A stretch of DNA of 64,000 bases, taken from the NCBI GenBank assembly GCA_029255645.1, contig JANLJE010000026.1, positions 136,359 through 200,358 on the forward strand. Direction: 5' to 3'. Under the pieces are notes generated by a model. It worked only from the letters and a program-made list of their open reading frames with translations. It was not told the DNA's origin and did not search any database. A program made the translations under genes and the position numbers. Within the stretch, counting starts at the first letter, position 1. Every line of letters starts with the position of its first letter. Source of the stretch: Comamonadaceae bacterium (lineage in GTDB: Bacteria; Pseudomonadota; Gammaproteobacteria; Burkholderiales; Rhodocyclaceae). Shown piece by piece: positions 57,399 to 64,000 of this stretch.

Positions 57399-58325
57399 GT
57401 GATCACCATAGTTCGTGGCGAAATCATCGGTGGAGTACGCCTGGGCAGCCGGCTCGGCGAAACGGAAGCCGCTCACGCTGTCGAGCGTTGCCTGAAGCGG
57501 GTGGAGCGGGTGGTGGACGGGTTCCGGGGGCGTCTGGTGCGCTCCGGTTCCGGGCAGATCACGGCAGCGTTCCCGACACCCGAAGAAGCCAGCCTGGCCG
57601 CAATCGAAATGCAGCGCCGGGTGGCGGACCTGCCCCCGGTCTCCGGGGTCAAACTCAACATCCGTCTGGGGGTCCATGAGGCCGAAGGAGAGGAGCGGGC
57701 CAGCCTCATTGCCACCCAACTGCTGGAACTCGCCCTGCCCGACCAGATTCTTTGCAGCCGGGAAGTGCTCGTGGATGTGGCCCACAGCATCGGGGTCCGG
57801 GTGCGTGACCTGCATCAGCTCGAACTGAGCGGCGGCGAGGCCTTTCAGGTCATGGAACTGATCTGGCACGAGCTCGACGATGACGACCTGCCGTCCACCC
57901 TCACTTCCACCTCGCTGCTGGCGCTGGAGGATCTGGAGCGAAGTGCCGGGGCCATGAACAATGATCAGCCCCCGCCTGATTTTCATCCGCTCCCGGATGG
58001 TCAGCCCAAGCTCTGCGTGCGCTACCGGGGCAAGTCCCATCTGCTCGACGAGAAGACCCCCTTCCTGACCCTGGGCCGGGAACACGGCAACGACGTGGTG
58101 ATCGAAGACGGCAAGGCATCCCGCCAGCATGCCCGCATCGAGCGCCGCGATGGCCGTTACTTTTTTGTTGATCTCAGCACCAACGGCACCTTCATCACCT
58201 TTGCCGGCGAGCCCGAAATTTTCCTGCGGCGGGAAAGCCTGCCCCTGCGTGGCGCCGGGCTGCTTTGCTTCGGGGCTTCCGGTCACGATTCGAAGACTGA
58301 AAAGGCCGAATTCGAGCAGTTGTAA
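57399..58325 (+). CDS. Degenerate class III cyclase-homology domain fused to an FHA domain
   Basis: 308 aa (GTG start). The N-terminal ITIVRGEIIGGVRLGSRLGE...GRLVRSGSGQITAAFPTPEEASLAAIEMQ...IRLGVHEAE follows the nucleotidyl cyclase pattern, but both metal-binding Asp positions are replaced (GE, GS). C-terminal FHA: LTLGREHGNDVVIEDGKASRQHARIERRDGRYFFVDLSTNGTF. Confidence 0.7.
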   Translation: MITIVRGEIIGGVRLGSRLGETEAAHAVERCLKRVERVVDGFRGRLVRSGSGQITAAFPTPEEASLAAIEMQRRVADLPPVSGVKLNIRLGVHEAEGEERASLIATQLLELALPDQILCSREVLVDVAHSIGVRVRDLHQLELSGGEAFQVMELIWHELDDDDLPSTLTSTSLLALEDLERSAGAMNNDQPPPDFHPLPDGQPKLCVRYRGKSHLLDEKTPFLTLGREHGNDVVIEDGKASRQHARIERRDGRYFFVDLSTNGTFITFAGEPEIFLRRESLPLRGAGLLCFGASGHDSKTEKAEFEQL

Positions 58326-58334
58326 GCTCGAGGA

Positions 58335-58363
58335 GGCCAGCCCGGGCTGGCCGTACCTTTTTT
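58335..58363 (+). terminator. Rho-independent terminator
   Basis: GGCCAGCCCGGGCTGGCC palindrome followed by GTACCTTTTTT. Confidence 0.6.
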
Positions 58364-58445
58364 CCACCTGTTTTCCTGTCTCAAGGTTCAAACAACGCGG
58401 CCAGTGGCGGCATAATCACGGTCTTGCCATTTCTCCGAGCCTGTC

Positions 58446-58751
58446 ATGAGCCACTTCAAGCATCACGTCTTCTTCTGCTGCAACCAGCGCCCCGAGGCGG
58501 AGCCCTGCTGTCACGCGCGGGGCGGCACCGAACTATTCCAATATGCCAAAAACCGGGCCCGGGAACTCGGGCTGGATGCCGCCGGAGTGCGGATCAACAA
58601 GGCCGGCTGCCTGGGCCGCTGTGACGAAGGGCCGGTGCTGGTGGTCTATCCCGAGGCCAGCTGGTACACCTGCATCGACGCGAGCGATGTGGAAGAGATC
58701 CTCCAGTCCCATCTTCTGGGCGGCAAGGTCGTGGAGCGTTTGCGGATATGA
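58446..58751 (+). CDS. Thioredoxin-like [2Fe-2S] ferredoxin
   Basis: 101 aa. [17 protein letters not shown]...[17 protein letters not shown] cysteine pattern. Confidence 0.8.
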   Translation: MSHFKHHVFFCCNQRPEAEPCCHARGGTELFQYAKNRARELGLDAAGVRINKAGCLGRCDEGPVLVVYPEASWYTCIDASDVEEILQSHLLGGKVVERLRI

Positions 58752-59386
58752 GAGTCGTCGAGGAAAAAATCTTCGTGGCCGGCCCGGCGGGCCGGATCGA
58801 AGTGATCATGGAAAATCCGGGCGCGCCGCGCGGCATCGCCCTGATCGCCCACCCCCACCCCATCGGCGGCGGCGCCAACACCAACAAGGTCGCCTACACC
58901 CTCGCCAGGACCTTCGTGCATCTGGGCTATGCCGCCTTTCGCCCCAACTTCCGGGGCGTGGGCGGCAGCGAAGGCGTGCACGACGAAGGCATCGGCGAGA
59001 CCGAGGACCTGCTTGCCGTGCTGCACGATGCCAAGTGCCGCGCGGGCGACCTGCCCGTCGCCCTGGCCGGTTTTTCCTTCGGCGCCTATTGCCAGACCCG
59101 GGTGGCAAAGCGCCTGGCCGGATCCGGCCATCCGGCCCAGCGCCTGGTGCTGGTGGGCACCGCCGCCGGCTTCGTGGAGGGCACCCGCCGCTACGACACC
59201 GAAGCCGTGCCGGCCGACACCCTCGTCATCCACGGCTCCGCCGACGCGACCGTGCCCCTGGAAAACGTATTCGCCTGGGCCGAACCCCAGGACCTGCCCG
59301 TGGTGGTAGTGCCCGGCGCCGATCATTTCTTTCACCGGCGCCTGCACCTCATCCGCGACATCGTCACCCGGGCCTGGCGGCACTGA
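58748..59386 (+). CDS. Alpha/beta hydrolase (small, about 210 aa class)
   Basis: 212 aa. [13 protein letters not shown]...LAGFSFGAY (nucleophile elbow)...[10 protein letters not shown]...GADHFF. ATGA overlap with the ferredoxin gene. Confidence 0.75.
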   Translation: MRVVEEKIFVAGPAGRIEVIMENPGAPRGIALIAHPHPIGGGANTNKVAYTLARTFVHLGYAAFRPNFRGVGGSEGVHDEGIGETEDLLAVLHDAKCRAGDLPVALAGFSFGAYCQTRVAKRLAGSGHPAQRLVLVGTAAGFVEGTRRYDTEAVPADTLVIHGSADATVPLENVFAWAEPQDLPVVVVPGADHFFHRRLHLIRDIVTRAWRH

Positions 59387-60306
59387 TGGACATTCCCCTC
59401 GCCGTTCATGAGTTGAGAAAATCCTACGCCGGCACCCCGGTGGTGGAAGGCCTCTCCTTCGCCCTGACGCCGGGCAGCTGTTTTGGCCTGCTCGGTCCCA
59501 ACGGCGCCGGCAAGACCACCACCCTGAAGCTCTGCCTGGGGCTGACCGCGCCGGATTCGGGCAGCATCACCCTGGCCGGGCTGCCGATCCCCGCCCGCGC
59601 CCAGGCCGCCCGGGCCCGCACCGGGGTGGTGCCCCAGTTCGACAACCTCGACCCGGATTTCACCGCCACCGAGAACCTGCTGGTATTTGGCCGCTATTTC
59701 GGCATGTCGAAGGCCCAAATCAGCGCCCGCATCCCCTGGCTATTGCAGTTTTCCGGCCTGGAGAGCAAGGCCGATGCCCGCATCGCCACCCTCTCCGGCG
59801 GCATGAAGCGGCGCCTCACCCTGGCCCGCGCCCTGGTGAACGACCCCGACATCATCTTCCTGGACGAACCCACCACCGGCCTCGACCCCCAGGCCCGGCA
59901 CCTGATCTGGGAACGCATGAAGCAGCTCAAGGTGGCCGGCAAGACCCTGCTCCTCACCACCCACTTCATGGACGAAGCCGAGCGCCTCTGCGACCGGCTG
60001 ATCATCATCGACCACGGCAGGAAGATCGCCGAGGGCAGCCCCCGGGAACTGATCGCCACCCACATCGAACCCCAGGTGGTGGAAGTCTATGACGAAGCCG
60101 CCGGCGCCCTCGCAGCCTTCGTGGCCGCCCAGCGGCACAGTAGCGCCCGGGTCGAGGTGAGCGGCGAAACCGCCTTCTTCTACTGCCAGGACCCCCAGCC
60201 CCTGCTTGCCGCCCTGGCCGAGGCCAGCGGCCTGCGTTACGTGCACCGCGCCTCCAACCTCGAAGACGTATTCATCAAGCTGACCGGGCGGGAACTCCGG
60301 GATTGA
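59386..60306 (+). CDS. ABC transporter ATP-binding protein (NodI/ABC-2 exporter type)
   Basis: 306 aa from [14 protein letters not shown]. Walker [10 protein letters not shown], signature LSGGMKRRL, Walker [18 protein letters not shown] overlap with the upstream gene. The 587-aa track ORF is a run-on. Confidence 0.9.
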   Translation: MDIPLAVHELRKSYAGTPVVEGLSFALTPGSCFGLLGPNGAGKTTTLKLCLGLTAPDSGSITLAGLPIPARAQAARARTGVVPQFDNLDPDFTATENLLVFGRYFGMSKAQISARIPWLLQFSGLESKADARIATLSGGMKRRLTLARALVNDPDIIFLDEPTTGLDPQARHLIWERMKQLKVAGKTLLLTTHFMDEAERLCDRLIIIDHGRKIAEGSPRELIATHIEPQVVEVYDEAAGALAAFVAAQRHSSARVEVSGETAFFYCQDPQPLLAALAEASGLRYVHRASNLEDVFIKLTGRELRD

Positions 60307-60365
60307 GTCCTGAGCAGGGCGCTGGTCTGGTGGAGTTGTCCGGGAGGATCAACTCACGGACAAAC

Positions 60366-60393
60366 AAAACCCCGCCGCAAGCGACGGGGTTTT
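60366..60393. terminator. Bidirectional rho-independent terminator
   Basis: AAAACCCCG-ccgcaagcga-CGGGGTTTT between convergent genes. Confidence 0.7.
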
Positions 60394-60423
60394 GAGGGGC
60401 GGTTTTGAAGGTGGCTGGCCGTT

Positions 60424-60714
60424 TTACTTCCTGGCCGCTTCAGCCGCGGGGGCTTCCTGCTCTGCGCCGGGCTTGACCTCGGCGGCCTTTTGCTTTGCAT
60501 GCCTTACCTTCTTTGCCGGCTTTTCAGTCGCCTTGGGTGCATCCCCCCTGGCTTCGGCCTTCACTTCGGTCCTGGCGTCAGCCTTGATGGCATCCCCCTT
60601 TTTTTCCACGGCAAGAGCCGCAGGGATAGCCGGAGTGGCAGGGGTGGCGGGCTGGGCAAAGGCGGCACCGGTGAAAGCGGAAACGAGGGCAATGGCGGCG
60701 ATTTTCTTGATCAT
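60424..60714 (-). CDS. Small secreted Ala/Lys-rich protein (96 aa)
   Basis: MIKKIAAIALVSAFTGAAFA signal peptide, then a low-complexity PATPATPA/KAEA tail. Codon 34 of the track ORF. Confidence 0.55.
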   Translation of the reverse strand: MIKKIAAIALVSAFTGAAFAQPATPATPAIPAALAVEKKGDAIKADARTEVKAEARGDAPKATEKPAKKVRHAKQKAAEVKPGAEQEAPAAEAARK

Positions 60715-60856
60715 GATGTAAAGCTCCTGTGTTGAGTCTGGATTAACTCGGTCGGTTTCTTCCGGCCTTGCGAAGATCAACGCGGCTGGGTCATAGAAGG
60801 ATTGCAGCAACAAGGTAACGCGGCGTGACGCTTCATGACGTCGCAGCGTCCTTGAG

Positions 60857-62263
60857 TCAGGGGCCCATGGGCGGCAGGGTGATGCAGAAGCGGGTCAGGC
60901 CCCCGGCGGATTCGGCGTGAATGCTGCCGCCGTGGGCGGTGATGATGGAGCGGGTGATGGCCAGCCCCAGCCCGGCGCCCCCTTCACCGCCCCGTCCGCG
61001 GGCCGCGTCGACCCGGTGGAAGCGTTCGAAAATCCGCTCCAGTTGCGGGGCCGGGATGGGCGGACCCGGGTTTTCCACGCGGATGGCCGTGCGGCCCGTG
61101 GCGTCCGGCTCGATCGTGACCCGGATCAGGGCTCCGGGCGCCGTGTGGCGCAGGGCGTTGGAAAGCAGATTGCCCAGGGCCCGGCGCAGCATCAGGGCGT
61201 CGCCGCTGACCGTGGCGCTGCCGCTCAGCTCCAGGCGGATGCCTTGTTCCTCGGCCAGCAAGCCGTAAAACTCGAACAGGGACTGGAGCAGCCCGGCCAG
61301 TTCCACCGGTTCCCGGTGCGGCACCATCAGGCCGTTTTCCGCCTGGGCCAGGAACAGCATGTCGCCGATCATGCGCGACAGGCGTTCGTGCTCCTCCAGG
61401 CTGGAATACAGCACTTCCCGGTATTCCCCGGCGCTCCTGGCCCGGCTCAGGGCCACCTGAGTCTGGGTCATCAGGGCGGTGACCGGGGTGCGCAGTTCGT
61501 GGGCGATATCCGAGGCAAAACCGGAGAGGCGGGCGAAGGCATCTTCCAGCCGATCCAGCATCTGGTTCAGCTCCCGGGCCAGGGGGCGCAGTTCCAGCGG
61601 CAGGGTCGCGGCTTCCAGACGCTCGTGCAGCCGTTCGCCGGACACCCGCCGGGCCAGGCCCAGCAGTTGCCCCAGGGGCGCCAGGCCGCGCCGGGCGGCG
61701 ATCCAGGCAAACAGGAGATTGGCCAGGACGGCCAGGCCCAGGGCCCAGCCCAGGGAGCGGGCGAAGCCGGCCATGAAGTGCCGGTGATGTTCGATATCCA
61801 CGGTGATGGCCACCTGCACCGCTTGCCCATCGGCGGTGTGGGCCTGGGCCAGGATGCCGCGTTGGGGGTGCTGGCCCGGGTCGGCGCCGGTGCGGGCCGG
61901 AGGATGGGCTTCGTTGCCGGGGGCGGCCGGTTCGTGCAGCAGCCATTCGGGGATGCCGGCGGCGCTGGTGAAGAGGGGGAAACCCTCCCGGTCCAGCACC
62001 GTCAGCCCCAGGTGCGGGTGGCCGACCAGGGCCGGGCCCAGGCGCGCCGGCAGGGCCTCCAGCAATTCGTCCGCCGGCAGGGCGACCAGGATGCTGCGAA
62101 TCAGGGTCAGCTTGCCGTGCAGTTCCTCCAGGTCGCCTTCCTGGAAATGGACATCCACGGCCCGCCCCACGAACAGCCCCAGGCCGAGCAGGATCAGGGA
62201 GGACAGCAGGGCAAACAGCAGCGCCAGGCGCAGGGTGAGGGAAGAGCGCAGCGCAAGGGTCAT
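60857..62263 (-). CDS. Heavy-metal-type (CusS/CopS-like) sensor histidine kinase
   Basis: 468 aa with 2 TM and a periplasmic loop, HAMP, H-box FASDIAHELRTPVTALMTQTQV, the family motif MIGDMLFLAQAENG, and an HATPase domain. Confidence 0.85.
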   Translation of the reverse strand: MTLALRSSLTLRLALLFALLSSLILLGLGLFVGRAVDVHFQEGDLEELHGKLTLIRSILVALPADELLEALPARLGPALVGHPHLGLTVLDREGFPLFTSAAGIPEWLLHEPAAPGNEAHPPARTGADPGQHPQRGILAQAHTADGQAVQVAITVDIEHHRHFMAGFARSLGWALGLAVLANLLFAWIAARRGLAPLGQLLGLARRVSGERLHERLEAATLPLELRPLARELNQMLDRLEDAFARLSGFASDIAHELRTPVTALMTQTQVALSRARSAGEYREVLYSSLEEHERLSRMIGDMLFLAQAENGLMVPHREPVELAGLLQSLFEFYGLLAEEQGIRLELSGSATVSGDALMLRRALGNLLSNALRHTAPGALIRVTIEPDATGRTAIRVENPGPPIPAPQLERIFERFHRVDAARGRGGEGGAGLGLAITRSIITAHGGSIHAESAGGLTRFCITLPPMGP

Positions 62264-62379
62264 GGCTGTTCCGGCGCTTCCCGCACATAGCCCATGCCGC
62301 GCCCGGGGCGGATCCGTTTCGGTTTGCAGGGGTCGTCCATCTTGGCGCGCAGGCGGCGCACCGCCACTTCGATGAAGTT
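62260..62379 (-). pseudogene. C-terminal 39-aa remnant of the cognate OmpR-family response regulator
   Basis: NFIEVAVRRLRAKMDDPCKPKRIRPGRGMGYV matches the wHTH end of CusR-like regulators. The normal ATGA overlap with the kinase start is retained. The receiver domain is absent; upstream lies only a hexanucleotide repeat. Confidence 0.7.
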
Positions 62380-62418
62380 GGCGGTGGCGGTGGCGGTGGC
62401 GGTGGCGGTGGCGGTGGC
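62380..62418. repeat. (GGCGGT)6.5 hexanucleotide repeat at the truncation point of the response regulator
   Basis: Read directly. On the minus strand it encodes (AT)n immediately upstream of the regulator remnant. Confidence 0.85.
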
Positions 62419-62587
62419 ATTCGGGATGAGCCTGGCAGCCAAGCCCGGGAGGTGCCCGGTGGCCTTGGCCATGTCGGCAGTAACGTCATGTTTTAGCATC
62501 GTCGGCTTTCTTGCGGTGAGGGTGGGAGTGCCGGGCTGGGCAGCAAGGCCAGCGCCAGGCCCAGAATCGAGGCCGGATGGGCGTTCC

Positions 62588-62746
62588 TCCCGGTCGGAAG
62601 CCGTAGCTCGACCCGGAGAATTCGGCCTCGAAGATCGGTGCGAGCACTTGATGCAACGCTTGCTGGATCAGTCGATCCGTCAGCATCGGAATGCCGAGCG
62701 CCCTGACCCCGCCTTGCGGCTTGGGTATATCGACCCGGCGTACCGG
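62588..62746 (-). mobile_element. Group II intron reverse transcriptase/maturase fragment (RT motifs 0-2 only)
   Basis: PVRRVDIPKPQGGVRALGIPMLTDRLIQQALHQVLAPIFEAEFSGSSYGFRPG (aa 69-121 of track ORF 62486..62950) matches the conserved N-terminal RT block. It is flanked by unrelated sequence in the same ORF. Confidence 0.65.
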
Positions 62747-62840
62747 CGCGGACGTGGTACTCAGTCGCCGTTTCCCGGAAATCCACCACGTCCAGTCCGG
62801 GTAGGTTGAGGATAGTGACGGGCAGGGCATACAGACTCGA
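62745..62840 (-). mobile_element. Possible ISL3-family transposase N-terminal fragment
   Basis: Manual translation gives LYALPVTILNLPGLDVVDFRETATEYHVRA. The LNLPG..V....E......V pattern resembles ISL3 transposase N-termini. It abuts the RT fragment. Confidence 0.3.
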
Positions 62841-62874
62841 GGGAAAGCCTGATTATCGGATTTCCGCCAGTTCC

Positions 62875-62940
62875 TTGGCTTGAGTCGGCCACCACGGCTT
62901 GAATGTCGGCCAGCCGGTAATGAGGTTTGCGCTTGTCCAC
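62875..62940 (-). pseudogene. MqsR-family toxin N-terminal fragment (22 codons)
   Basis: Manual translation from the GTG at 62940 gives VDKRKPHYRLADIQAVVADSSQ, compared with E. coli MqsR MEKRTPHTRLSQVKKLVNAGQ. Similarity is lost after this point. Confidence 0.4.
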
Positions 62941-63325
62941 GACCGGACATTAACCTGAAACACCACTAACCGCTAAGGTTACGCCCCAAACAGGAAAGCA
63001 CTTGAAAAATACCCCCATTGCACGCCGACCGACATTGAGGCGGCGGATCATGTCGGGTCAGCAGTGCAGGAGGCGATGAAGGCCGAAGGTAGGATTCTGC
63101 TGGGCAAACCGATTACCACGGCCATGTTGCACAGGCAGATCGAGGAAACCGGGAAGTTCGAGGGAGCCATTCCTGTTGGTGACCGGGCAGCATCCAACGA
63201 TGAAACTGCCCCAGAAGCGAACTTCGTCCACCAGAAACTCCGAAGCCCTTGAAAAAGAAGGTAATATCGAAATATGATCCATGCCCGATTTTTGCGTAAC
63301 CGAAATAGACGGAGGTGTTGCCAGC

Positions 63326-63523
63326 ATGAACGAACGGGTTCTTGACCTTCAGGCGGAGCTTGCCGAGCTCGCCGCCATCGAAGCCGAATCCATCGGCTGG
63401 CTGCCGCTGGGCGAAGGGGCCTATCTGCACGTAGGGAATCCCGACGAAGATTTCGTCATCACGGTGACCGGCATGCCGGATGCGGGGATGGCGGGGATGA
63501 ATGTGTTGTGGATGGGAGGGTGA
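63326..63523 (+). CDS. Small hypothetical protein (65 aa), overlapping start/stop with a following disrupted ORF
   Basis: MNERVLDLQAELAELAAIEAESIGWLPLGEGAYLHVGNPDEDFVITVTGMPD.... The stop overlaps the ATG of MPKTGKFDPALIAVPIEREHSRL... (TGATG at 63521-63525). Coding status is uncertain. Confidence 0.3.
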   Translation: MNERVLDLQAELAELAAIEAESIGWLPLGEGAYLHVGNPDEDFVITVTGMPDAGMAGMNVLWMGG

Positions 63524-64000
63524 TGCCAAAGACCGGCAAATTCGATCCCGCGCTGATCGCCGTGCCCATCGAGCGCGAGCACAGCCGCCTGGCCCGGTCG
63601 GGCCGGGTCGAGCCCGGTCGAGCCGCTGGAGCAAGTGCGGCACGCGCCGTTCTTCGACAAAGAAATCGAGGGGTCTTCCAGGCTGTTCCTGCTGGCCGTG
63701 GGGATGGTCCCCGGAAGGGTCCCTGTCGTCCCTGCCCCTGTTCCTCCCCTGTTCCTCCCCGTCCAGCATGTGGGCAGCCGGCGCGGGCGGAAAACGGAGC
63801 CGGGCCGGGATGAAATCCCGCATGGGCGGTCCCGCTTTAGCGGCGCACGAAGCGTGATTGGCGCAGCTCCAATCGGGTCAAGGGATGAAACGGGAGCCGC
63901 CCGCTTTCTTGCAAAATCCTTTGAAAAATCCGGAGGGGATGCGGTCGCCCTGTAGTCAGGCTGTTTTTACGCCCATCGACCCGCAAAGTGAGCCATGCCG

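Noticed and set aside
63060-63540. IS630/DDE_3 transposase on the minus strand (FLVDEVRFWG-like segment)
   Set aside because: The similarity is a single short motif. Adjacent minus-strand frames give implausible composition, and the plus strand gives more protein-like ORFs. Left unassigned.

Overview
GC-rich proteobacterial chromosome window; the gene content suggests a betaproteobacterium, but that is inference only. It falls into two parts.

Positions 1 to about 37.4 kb are a patchwork of horizontally acquired DNA:
(a) The maintenance end of an ICEclc/PFGI-1/SPI-7-type integrative conjugative element (ICE), all on the minus strand: STY4528-like, DUF2857, ParB-like, a small HicA-like gene, ParA and AlpA. 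It is followed by visibly lower-GC cargo that includes an uncharacterised overlapping two-gene cassette (unknown 223 aa plus PIN-like 234 aa).
(b) An att-like junction with helically phased TCCA repeats, a tRNA T-arm-like fragment and a truncated P4-type integrase.
(c) A complete kdpABC-kdpDE potassium-uptake locus.
(d) Decayed conjugation genes (a multi-lesion MOBH traI and a TraG-like fragment), plus an abiE locus with a broken toxin and an intact antitoxin.
(e) A MarR-FUSC-DUF1656-HlyD-OMF efflux operon.
(f) A type I R-M island (hsdM-hsdS-AlbA_2/ATPase gene-hsdR-DUF45 peptidase) with hsdR interrupted at a G7 tract.

From about 37.4 kb onward the genes are mostly housekeeping (gst, cysK, C-S lyase, slt, cca, queF, ttcA and others). 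Unusual items are interspersed:
- two adjacent zinc-ribbon membrane proteins full of in-frame microsatellites;
- a 9 x 12-bp repeat tail on cca;
- a frameshifted hydrolase;
- a pseudo-cyclase-FHA protein;
- at the right end, an orphaned heavy-metal-type sensor kinase whose response regulator has been replaced by a scar of mobile-element fragments (group II intron RT, ISL3-like, MqsR-like).

I saw no rRNA, intact tRNA or CRISPR array. All family assignments come from motif recognition by eye, not from database searches. Starts were refined by arithmetic from the supplied ORF track.
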